NCBI RefSeq assembly: GCF_006345805.1
Contig: NC_043009.1
Location: forward strand, 30,132,001-30,196,000
DNA length: 64,000 bases
Direction of reading: 5' to 3'
Source: Octopus sinensis
Taxonomy: Eukaryota
In this document: positions 52,779-64,000 of the stretch, piece by piece
How positions within the stretch are numbered: the stretch's first letter is position 1
How the letters are laid out: the number at the start of each line of letters is the position of its first letter
Made by a program: the position numbers and the translations under genes
The notes under the pieces: model-generated
The model's input: the letters and a program-made list of their open reading frames with translations, nothing else
Databases searched by the model: none
Told to the model about the DNA's origin: nothing

Positions 52779-54179
52779 GGGATGTATGTAAGCATGTATA
52801 TATGTATGTATATGCAAGTCAACAACATTTAACTGACTATGATTATTTGTTCGTAAGTTTTTAAATCCAAAATGTTACACTGTAATGCATCAAAAATAGT
52901 AAGCCTCCGAAAGATAGTTGCCAAGGAATACCCATATTAATCAACTTTTCTTTAGATAACCAGATTATAGGATGCAGTCGAGATGCTGAGGAAGCTGTCC
53001 TGTTTTGGAGTTTGGGAACTGAACCAACGTAGGCAGATTTGTAATGAACTTATATCCATTTAGGCAAACCTATGTAGACGCATCGATAAGTGTATAGAAA
53101 GATGGATTGGTAAACATATAAATAGATAGATATAAAATAATCTTTATATTTGGTGAAGAAAAAATGCAGTTAATGTCCGTCTTTGAAATCATTGTATGTA
53201 TATATACTTCCATAAGTACTACATACACATATGTACATACGTGCATCAAAATAGATATATAATGTTTATATATGCACACATGTATATGTACATGCATGTA
53301 TATGTACATGCATGTATATCTGAATGTACTTATGTATATCTATGTGTATGCGTGCTTGTGTGATCTATGGCACTTTATTCATCTAAAACTTTGCATGTGG
53401 ACGCACACACGTATATGGAGAAATAAAGTGATCGATAGATACATAAAACAACGATTAATATAAAGTAAATGACGAAAATTAAAATCTCACAAAAAAAAAT
53501 ATGAATAAAGGTGAAATCAAATAAAGAGTAAGAATTAAAGGAGAACTGCAGTAAATAGCGAGCACCAAATTATATAGGATGTAAGTGAAAGGAAAAATAA
53601 CCCTCGCCTTTCAAGTAGAATCAATTATTGAAAACCATTTGTAGAAGCCGTGCATGGCTGTCATCAAAAGGAATATGTTTAATGAGATTACATGGTTTTA
53701 GCATCAGCATCAGCACCAGTGTCAGTATCAGATTCAATTATGTAATCTTAGACGAACCTAATTCTACAGTGTATACGTAAAGTAATTGTCATAGTGCATA
53801 GATTCATATAACCGCCATTAAACAGTCAGAAGACGTTTTATAAAGTAATATGTTTCGGGTGTTATGAAAACATCAGCAGCAGCATAGGCAGTATCAGAAA
53901 CACCACCACCACCACTGTAAACATTATGACCAGCATCGTCGTAGTCATCATCATCATTTTCATCCTCTTTATTATCATCATTATTAATACGAAGGTGGCG
54001 AGTAGCAGAATCGATAGCGCGTCACAGAAAATGCTTGGCACCTTTTCTAACTACTTTACGCTCTGAGTTCAAATGCCATCAGGATCGACTCTGCCTTTTC
54101 TCCTTTTGGGGTCGATATAACCGACTTCACCTGAAGTTGGCATTGTATCAAAATCTGAAATCATCATTATCATATTGTT

Positions 54180-54500
54180 ATTATTATTATTATTTATTAT
54201 GAACACTTATCTTCTTTCACTGAACTACCGGGCGCAGCTCTGTGTGTCTTGGCTATGTGCAGTGGTTTGTTGTGGTCCTCTTATTTTTACAGTATTGAAA
54301 GCATTTCACATAGGATTCATGCGGTGCCTAGTGATGCTATTTTCTGTATGTTATATATTCTTTTAGATCCTGGTCTTTTTCTTATGTATCTGTCTGAATG
54401 TCCTTTTTTTTATATTATATCTAATCTAATGCGCCTACTATAATAGGAATTATTTATGTTTTAAGGCTCCAAATTCGAGTTAACTATATTTCCCTAACTT
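54180..54500 (-). mobile_element. RLE retrotransposon 3' fragment
   Basis: Homologous to 16490-16760; (ATT)n on both sides. Confidence 0.8.
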
Positions 54501-54504
54501 TATA

Positions 54505-54537
<33 letters not shown>

Positions 54538-54659
54538 GTTAATATTATTATTATTATTATTATTGATTTTGTTGTGGTCTTCCTCCTCGTCCCTATTTAC
54601 ATCATGATCGAGGATTTCACCATCATTATCATTTTCATAATCAATCTAACTCTTACTTT

Positions 54660-54960
54660 ATTCCTTAGGAAGGTTGTTATTCCGATCGCAGTAAGACTTC
54701 TCAAATTTCAGGAATATTTATCTGTATACTTGCAGAATACAAGACGGTACTTTACTGCGTGTTGACAATATGAGCCTAGAATCCGATATTCTTCAAACTG
54801 CTCATGTAACGTTTTGTGTGTCGTTCTTATTGCAGCACCAGTTACCACAAGATAAATTGTCACCATATTTTGCATTGTTCTCCTTCTCTCTCGACCTAGC
54901 CTACAATATTTCCCCATTTATTAAGTTGTTTCGGTATCCACACTATTATCATATGTTATT
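54660..54960 (-). mobile_element. Decayed RLE retrotransposon 3' fragment
   Basis: VTIYLVVTGAAI..., QHAVKYRLVF resembles the same C-terminus. Confidence 0.55.
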
Positions 54961-55029
54961 ATAAATTCTTTGGTCTGATCTAGCACTTTGTTACATTATC
55001 ATTGTCGTTATTATTTACTGTTAATCTTC

Positions 55030-55800
55030 ATGATTGATGTAATCACTTGCCGAGACACACCCAGCGTCCTAGGGCAAGTGAAAGTTACGAGATGTTGAAA
55101 TGTAACTGAAAGATTGGCGAGGAGAAATGGCAAGGGCTGTAGAGAAATATCTTCGTATAATACGACACAAACACTCAAATTGATAGGGTTTTCCCAAAGA
55201 TGTGAGCAGTACTTGCCTGCAGGAGCTTTTGGATTTTTGTGAGATATGGTTCTCCTGGGATGTTGTCTAAATTATTACTGGTATCATATTTTTATCATAC
55301 TTACAATGTGAGGAAAAATTTTTGCTCAAAGATTTAACATTTTTTGTATTTCAATTTCAAGGTCCATATATTTACCAAGTTTATCAAATTTCTTTACTGA
55401 TACATTTTTATCAGTGGGAATACTCACATCTATTACTCTGAAAGTATTTTCTTCCATGTCTTTCATAATTTTGTCTTGTCGATTAGCCTTGACCGTTTTG
55501 TAAGAGTCGACTGGGATATCCCAGAGAATAACTGTAATTTTTGCCTTCAACAACTGGTTCAAGTTTATGTTCATACCAGTAAACATGGGGACCGATTTTG
55601 TAGTGTTGACATATTTTCCATTTTAAATACTGTTTTACCCTGTCGTGGCGATTTTTACATTCGTTCGATATCAGCACAGGACAGCCCGAAACGAGATGGT
55701 CTACTGTTTCGTCAAATGTGTTGCGGAATCTGCATTTATGGTCAGTACCATTTTGGAGAACGTTAGCCTGTAATTTCTGTTAAGTAAGCTTTGGTTTTGT
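55030..55800 (-). mobile_element. RLE retrotransposon remnant (zinc knuckle plus endonuclease)
   Basis: CKNRHDRVKQYLKWKICQHY, WYEHKLEPVVEG, ILWDIPV, IDVSIPTD, KYMDLEIEIQKM, IPGEPYLTKIQK. Confidence 0.9.
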
Positions 55801-55889
55801 GCCATAACTATGACGCCTTTTATCATTATCATCGTCATCATTATTATTGTTGTTGTTGTTGTTGTTGTTGTTGTTATTGTTATTTCTCT

Positions 55890-56190
55890 TTATCACAGGT
55901 TCTGTTGGCGTTCCTGCAGCCTACGGTGCCATACTGTTCGTTCTTTCCAACTATCTAATACTCTCCTGATTATTTTAGCCATGACAAGGAATCAAACCTT
56001 TCGTAACAGTTCTACTGGGCACTTTATTCCAGTTTCCTTTATATTTCCCTTAATGTCTCCTGATACTGTCCCTAAGGACCAAACAATAATTGGCACTATC
56101 TTCACCTTCTTCATTTACCATTTCCGGGCTATATCGTTCTTAATGGGATGTATTTATCTATCTTTTCGCCTTCCTTCTTGACTGTCCGTG
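55890..56190 (-). mobile_element. RLE retrotransposon 3' fragment, different subfamily
   Basis: KKVKIVPIIVWSLGTVS...KCPVELLRKV*FLVMAKIIRRVL. Confidence 0.75.
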
Positions 56191-57056
56191 AGTCAAATTA
56201 ACATGCAACATCAATTATATAACATATTATTATTATATTATTATTATTATTATTATTATTAACATTGTTATCAGTATCCTCATTATCATCAGTAGCAGCA
56301 GCAGCGTCGTCGTCATTATCATCGCCATCAACATCATCACCATCAGTAGTAGGAATAGTAGTAGTTTAATAGTGCCATAAACTAATTCTGAGAATTACTT
56401 CATATATGGCGTGTGATGATTACCTATAACGACTGTTGTTGAAATAATATATGTTTATAGCTTTATTATGGTGTTTCTTCGACGTCAAAGTGCAGTGCAA
56501 AGACTTTGCAGGTTCAAATACCCCTCATTCCTAGTTAAACTGGTCTTAAGCTTACAGTTTTACCGTTACTGCTTCGTTCCCTTACTCATTGTTGATTGTC
56601 ACCATAAAAATTAATAGAAATTACTTCAGAAAGAATATGCACTGAAAGTAAGACCACCGCAGGAATATACATGATAATTCTTACAATAAACAACGAAAGC
56701 ATCTTAAAAGAATTCATCATACACAAAACGTGAAGCAACTCGAAAGAGGGGAACACATGCAAAATATATGAGACATGAGAAACACAATGATTCCGCAGGA
56801 GCCACCATTCAAATAGCCGAAAGGTATTACCAATCATAATCTGGTATTAAAGAAGAAACAATCATACCTAAACATAAGGTGAAATCTCTAGATGTTCCCA
56901 CGGAAACATTCAAGTAAATATTGTCAATATATATATATATATATGTAAGTATGTATGTATGTATGTATGTATGTATGTATGTATGTATGTATGTATGTAT
57001 GTATGTATGTATGCATGTATGTACGTATGTATGTATGCATGCATGTATGTATGTAC

Positions 57057-57099
<43 letters not shown>

Positions 57100-57236
57100 A
57101 GAAGTTGACACTTAACTTGATGTAGGGCACCCTGTTTACGGTTCATGCTAAAGTGCCATAAGTAACAATACAAATATGAATGTTTGTGTGAATGTGACCG
57201 GTACATATAAAGTATTCTTTGTGTATACTTATGTGT

Positions 57237-57274
<38 letters not shown>

Positions 57275-57361
57275 GTATGTATGTATGTATAAATATATAC
57301 ATGTCTGTGTGTGTGTGCGTGCGTGTGTGTGTGTATATATGTATGTGCATATACACACATT

Positions 57362-57746
57362 CTTTTGTTCGTTTCAGTCATTTGACTATGGCCAAGCTAG
57401 ACCACCGCCTTAAGTCGAACAAATCGCCCTCAGTACTTATTCGTTGTAAGCCTACTACGAATTCTATCGCTTTTTTTTTTTTTTTTTTTTGCCGAACTGC
57501 TAATATATGAAAACATAAACACACCAGCATCGGTTTTCAAGCGATGTTGGAAGGACAAACACAGACACACAAACATATACATTCGACGGACTTCTTTCAG
57601 TTTCCGTCTACCAAATCTACTCACAAGGATTTGGTCGGCCAGAGGCTATAGTAGAAGACACTTGCCCAAGATGCCATGCAGTGGGACTGAACCCGGAACT
57701 ATGTGGTTGGTAAGCAAGTGATTTACCACAGAGCCACTCATGCGCC
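57362..57746 (-). mobile_element. Full-length SINE family T
   Basis: Head, body and 3' stem-loop match 27661-28067; very short internal microsatellite. Confidence 0.9.
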
Positions 57747-58055
57747 TATACATAGAAGAAACAGAATAGCATGCGCAAGAAATGAATCAGAGTGCATTCA
57801 TTCCTTCATATTTGAAGTATAGAAAATCAACGCATGTAAACCCTACAAGACAAAGAGGAAGCGTGAAAGAAAGAGGGATAGTGAGACAAAACCAGAGAGA
57901 CAGACAGACAGACAAGTAGGTAGAGACTGACATAGAGAAATATATATACGCACACACACATTTTATATATATTTTATTTATATATTTTATACATATATAT
58001 ACATATATGCAAGACTGTGATTATGTATTGATATTTGTGTTTGTATTGTTAACCT

Positions 58056-58099
<44 letters not shown>

Positions 58100-58515
58100 A
58101 CATACATACATACATATATATATACGGAGAGAGAGTTAGAGAGAGAGAGCGACTAGGAGACAGAGTATTGAAAGAGAGAGACTATGGAGAGGAACTAAAC
58201 AAAATGTGTGTGACAGAGACAGAGTCAGAGACAGAGATATATAGAGATTGAAACAGCCACCAAACGAGAAAAAGTTAAAGTAAGAGAGAATGAGAGAAGG
58301 AGAAAATGGAAGAAAGAGAGAAAGATGGAGTGAGAGAGCGAAATGTAAATACACACGTCTAAGTTTCCTGTGTCTTGCACGTTCTTCAAGGCAACCGGAA
58401 GAATATGCAAGAGTCAGGAAACTCACAGAGATGGAGTGAATCTTTAGTTTTGAATTAATGAATATGCCTGCGCGTGCGCGCACGTGTATTTATGCGTATA
58501 CATATAAATGTATGA

Positions 58516-58552
<37 letters not shown>

Positions 58553-58690
58553 ATATATATATGTGTGTGTGCATGTGTGTATGTATAAATGAGTGTGTGT
58601 GTGTATATGTATGCATATATACATGTATCTATGATTGTATGCATATCATGTGAATATATATTTGTAGGTCATTATATTTTATGTGTACTT

Positions 58691-58741
<51 letters not shown>

Positions 58742-58977
58742 TGCAAGACTGTGATTATGTATTGATATTTGTGTTTGTATTGTTAACCTAAAATGTATAC
58801 AAACCAGTGGAGAGAGCAACAGGTTTGGTGAGACAGACTGTCAGGCAAGCAGAGCGATGGAATATTTTACACATTACTGTAAATGATTCTGTTCTAATCC
58901 TTTAATTAGATGTTGCAAATATTGATGCAAAATTTGACATATATGTATACTCACACATACCTGTGTGTGTGAGTGTG

Positions 58978-59031
<54 letters not shown>

Positions 59032-59240
59032 CTTTCAGATTCTGTCATTGGCTTGCGGCCATATTTGAGCTCCGTGATGCCAATCCCCGTCTTAATTTCA
59101 AACCGCCTACTTGTTCCTTCTTTTTTGCGTGTGTGGAACTAGTTATGTTATGGTGATGTAAACAAAGCAACACAATTAATTAAGTAGTGAAGACGAGGAC
59201 AAAGACAAACACAAAGGCACACGCGAGCACACAGATATTT

Positions 59241-59870
59241 GGCACAAGGCCAGCAATTTCAGAGGGGGGAAGTCGGGTACTTCGATCGCAGTGAGTAACT
59301 GGCACTTGTTTTATCGCCCCTGAAAGGATGAAATGCAAATTTCACTTCAACGGAATTTCAACTCAGAACGTAAAGAGGGACGAAATAGCACTAAATATTT
59401 CGACCGACGTGCTAACGCTTCTTATTTCTTTATTGCCCATAGGGGGCTAAACATAGGAGACAAACAAGGACAGACAAAGGGATTAAGTCGATTACATCGA
59501 CCCCAGTGCGCAACTGGTACTTAATCTATCGACCCCGAAAGGATGAAAGGCAAAGTCGACCTCGGCGAAATTTAAATTCATAACGTGACGGCAGGCGAAA
59601 TACTGCTAAGCATTTCGCCCGGCGTGCTAACGATTCTGCCAGCTCGCCGCCTTATATTCTTTCCTAATCCAAGCACAAGGCCTGAAATTTTGGGGGAGGG
59701 GACCTGTCGATTAGATCGACCCCAGTACGCAACTGGTACTTACTTTATCGACCCCTAAAGGATGAAAGGCAAAGTCGGCCTCGGTGGCATTTGAACTCAG
59801 AACGTAAAGACAGACGAAATACTGCTAAGCATTTCGCCCAGCGTGCTAACGTTACTACCATCTCACCGCC
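59241..59870 (-). mobile_element. Three-unit tandem array of SINE family M (monomer plus dimer)
   Basis: Heads at about 59870 and 59652; core repeated three times. Confidence 0.9.
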
Positions 59871-61996
59871 ATAAGTAAATTGAATATTAATAACTAACTT
59901 ACAATGAATAAATCACTTTCTTAGCAACTCGTGAAAATAGAGAAAGAAGGCTCAAGAAAGGTGCAATATGAACTACTCCTTATTCATCCCTTCAATATAA
60001 ATGGTTTAAGTGAAGAACCATCTTCCGCCCTTAAGTGGCACTTTATTCATTGAACCTTGAAGTTACATTAGAGCAAATTCGGCAACAGTGGAATTTGAAA
60101 AATAACTCAAAGGAATGTGTCAGGTGTGTATCCAATCTGCCAATTCGGTGGAGATGAAATATTACAAGGAATTTCACAGAAATTACCTAAAAATTGAGGA
60201 TATAAGTTCTTCTATATATATTCATGTTTTAATTGGCAAACAGATTTGTGAGTGAATAAAATGCCTTTGAGTAATGAGTTACGATGCATTATACTCCATC
60301 ATAGCATACTCCTCCAATAGTGCATTTATATTTATTCCATCCTTTTGGTAAGTGGGTGGTTTCACCGAGCTTTCTGACTATTCTTCTTTAAATTGTGTAG
60401 GCTTACCAATCCTTTCTAATATTACCGACTCAGAGCACATCAAATTCCATTGTGCGTGAAACAAAACCATCGATACCAGTCCTTCATAAGATAGTCATGT
60501 TATCAACCCCAAAACGATGGAAGGAAATTAGGCTCTGGTAGCACTTCAATTCAGAAAATAGATGGTGGGGGAGGGACAAATACCTCAAGATATTCTATTC
60601 GATGCTCTAACGTTCTGATAAATCCAGGCCTTACTAATTAAGGTTTGGTCTTATTTTCCTCGGATTTGTTCCACCAACAAAGTTATGACTCCTTCTAATT
60701 ATGTTAAAAAAAGTATCTTAAAGCATAAAAATTACATATAAAAATACATGGGTATTATGTTCAATTTGTTCGTGGTTAGTAATTAGATTATTCGATTCGG
60801 AGATCATATATTTCCAATTACCATGATGTTTATATTTCATACTTCCGTTACAAGTAATTTCAAACCCAGTATTCAGCTGCTACTTGCTTTATCGATCCCT
60901 AAAGTATGAAAGGTAAATTCGAGCCCTACGGAATTTGAATCCCAGAAAGTATACCCGAAAGAAATGTTGCTAAGTTTTTTATTTTTCGGTACGATAATGA
61001 TTCTACTAACTCACCGCCTTAAAACGGACGAAATGCAACAATGCATTTTGCTCGGTTCTGCCCACTCGCTGTCGAATTCTGTATCTTAAAACTACAACCT
61101 ATAACAACATCTATACGTTTGCTGCAACTACTAATTGTTAAAATGAGCCGGCCAGTCTAACGAATCTTAAATTGCATTCCACAGATTTCCAAGGTGACAA
61201 ATGGTTCGGCTTTTATTCGGAATGAAGTAGTACCAACTAAAGTATCGGTCATAAGTTGCAGTTTTCCCTCAATTTTTCTATATCTCATTATACAGCCTAA
61301 CAGCTTTGCTCTATAAATGGGTATTAGATCATATTTATCTAAATGAGATTCAGTTCTACCTATTTCAGAATACTTCGACTTAATCTAACACAAAGAAAAA
61401 AAAACAGTTCAATTGGAAAAAACAGGATAAAATCTAAATATTTTGGAATAGGTTTCCAATCTTTAGGAAAGCAAAAATCTAGATTCTTCTTAACTATTGT
61501 CATGTGGGATTTCATTAAACGTATTCTTTTATCAGTAAACCCGATAAACATTCTATATTCCCTGAAGCATTGGAATTAATAACTAATTATCATGAAAATA
61601 CGAAACGTTCTTACTCTAAGAAAGTAATATTCTTTGTATGTAGACTTTTCTGGTAATTGGCATCGAAGTCTAGTGCTAAAGAAAATATACTAGAATTAAG
61701 GCAAGTTGTTATTTATGTTTGTGTATGATATCAACCTGGGGTTATTTACCATTTACTCGACAACGACAAAATTATTAGTATTTTCAAAGAAACGTAACTA
61801 TTTAGGAATTATTTTGTTCAAGATTTCACGAGGAAATTTTGGAAGGGGCTTACGATTTTGCTCAATGCAAAACTATTTTTATAATACAGAGCAACACTTT
61901 TATAGTGACTAAATATCATTAAATGAAGAAAAAATTGCTTGGAATAATAATCATCATCATTATCATCAAAACCATCACAATATACAATACCATAAA

Positions 61997-62390
61997 GGCG
62001 GCGAGCTGGCGGAAACGTTAGCACGCCACGCGAAATGCTTAGCAGTATTTCGTCTGCTGTTACGTTCTGAGTTCAAATTCCGCCGAAGTCGACTTTGCCT
62101 TTCATCCTTTCGGGGTCGATTAAATAAGTACCAGTTGCGCACTGGGGTCGATATAATCGACTTAATCCGTTTATCTTTCCTTGTTTGTCCTCTCTGTGTT
62201 TAGCCCCTTGTGGGTAGTAAAGAAATAGGTATTTCGTCTGTCTTTACGTTCTGAGTTCAAATTCCGCGTGGTCGACTTTGCCTTTCATCCTTTCGGGGTC
62301 GATAAATTAAGTGCCGGTTGCACACTGGGGTCGATCTAAACGACTGGCCCTCCTCCTCCAAAATTTCAGGCCTTGTGCCTAGAGATGAAA
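61997..62390 (+). mobile_element. Dimeric SINE family M
   Basis: Head-body-aaagaaatag-body-aaatttcaggccttgtgcc. Confidence 0.9.
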
Positions 62391-62444
62391 AGTATATATA
62401 AAACCATTATCCGCAGTATTAATAATATCATACTATATCTTTAA

Positions 62445-62680
62445 CGTGCCTCAGTCATGAAAGTGCGGTCATGCTGGGGCACCCGTTTGATGACTTAATG
62501 TCGAACGAATCGACAAACAATACTTACTTGTTTGTAAGCCTACTACTTATTCTATTGGCTTTTTTGACACACCGTTAAGTTACGGAACGTAAATATACTG
62601 CTATGGTTGTCTAGCGGTTGTGAGGGATAGTCACAAAAGAAAAGACGCACACATACACACACGCGAACACACGACAAATT
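62445..62680 (-). mobile_element. SINE family T 3' half, diverged
   Basis: gtaagcctactacttattctat and gttaagttacggaacgtaaa motifs. Confidence 0.7.
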
Positions 62681-62832
62681 TCTCGTACTCTTTCTTCGGC
62701 TAGCCTACGCGCTTACCCAGCAGGGTGACGTCATTTGAAGGCTAAAATAATGCAAAATAGCGCATTGTGACCAGCGATGTGTAGCAACATCTGATAGCCT
62801 GGTCGATCACAGTGATCTCGGTAATATATATA

Positions 62833-62888
<56 letters not shown>

Positions 62889-62896
62889 AATATATA

Positions 62897-62933
<37 letters not shown>

Positions 62934-63488
62934 GACATATAAAGCATACTTAAAATTTTACATCACGTCATGTGTATTATATACTTGTGCATATGTGGTT
63001 TCAGTGTAAGTAAGAGGTCAAGTATGGAGGTCGAGGTTCAGCGAGTGTTTACGGACGTTAGGGGAGTGAAAGGAGCGCTCTGTACAAGTTTAGGTTTAGT
63101 TTCTGACACCTAGCTTCTCTGTCCGAGACGGAAATATGGTTCATAGTAAACCTTCACCAGAGATCTGAATCAAAACTTTTAGCTACCACCCTCGTGAACC
63201 AAACGGGTAACGAAAACTTTTATAGAAGTAGATTGTATTAAACAGATGCGTGTGTGTGTACATATAAATGTTTCTATAGGCATACATATGTATACACTTG
63301 GATATATGCACGTATCTATCTCCATATATGTGGGTGTGTGTGCGAGTGTGTGTGTACGTGTGTCTATCTGACTATATCAGAATAATAAATACATGAATAT
63401 ACATCTAATCCATTGTATATACTTTAGTCTTGTATACATATATGCGCACGCATACACATCTTCCCATATTATACACACACACACACAC

Positions 63489-63533
<45 letters not shown>

Positions 63534-63534
63534 C

Positions 63535-63566
<32 letters not shown>

Positions 63567-63642
63567 ATATATATGGCGTGTGTGTGTATGTGTGTGCGTC
63601 TATGTGCGTATGTACATGATTATTTGATTTCAGTATTTATGC

Positions 63643-63675
<33 letters not shown>

Positions 63676-64000
63676 TACATACATACATACATACATACAT
63701 ACATGCATAGATGCATACATATATTTATATATACATACATATAATATATATATATATTATATATATATATATATATACATATATATATTATATATACATA
63801 CACATATATACTCACGCACATACACACACATATGTACATATTGATATATGTATATGTATATATGTACGTATATAAAAAGTTATGTATGTATGTGTCTGTG
63901 TATTTCTGTATGTGTGTAGATACACGTGTTTCAAAGATGTATCATGCTAGCCTGTATTCCGACACGCATAATTTATACCAGCCATTGTGTTTAGTCACGT

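Overview
AT-rich, extremely microsatellite-dense eukaryotic intronic/intergenic DNA. The SINE families and repeat landscape look like an octopus (coleoid cephalopod) genome; this is inferred from recognising repeat motifs and was not checked by search. No host protein-coding gene could be recognised. Most ORF-track entries are translations of (TA)n/(TATG)n/(ATT)n/(GA)n repeats. Supported content: (i) about 18 copies of a GGCGGCGAGCTGGCAG-headed SINE, some dimeric or in inverted pairs, and about 9 copies of a tRNA-headed SINE with an internal microsatellite; (ii) 8 fragments of non-LTR retrotransposons with a restriction-like endonuclease (RLE), almost all bordered by (TAA)n on their coding strand and stacked in two nests; (iii) two RTE-type LINE 3' ends, a mariner remnant and a Tc1/maT-like remnant; (iv) Penelope-like terminal remnants carrying minimal hammerhead-ribozyme cores; (v) a 232-bp fold-back element; (vi) a probable TATA-less promoter at 33.4-33.9 kb with RFX X-boxes, an NRF1-like site and an NF-Y CCAAT box. 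A repeat-poor interval (23-36 kb) and nearby sequence contain low-confidence, phase-compatible candidate exons of unrecognised products.
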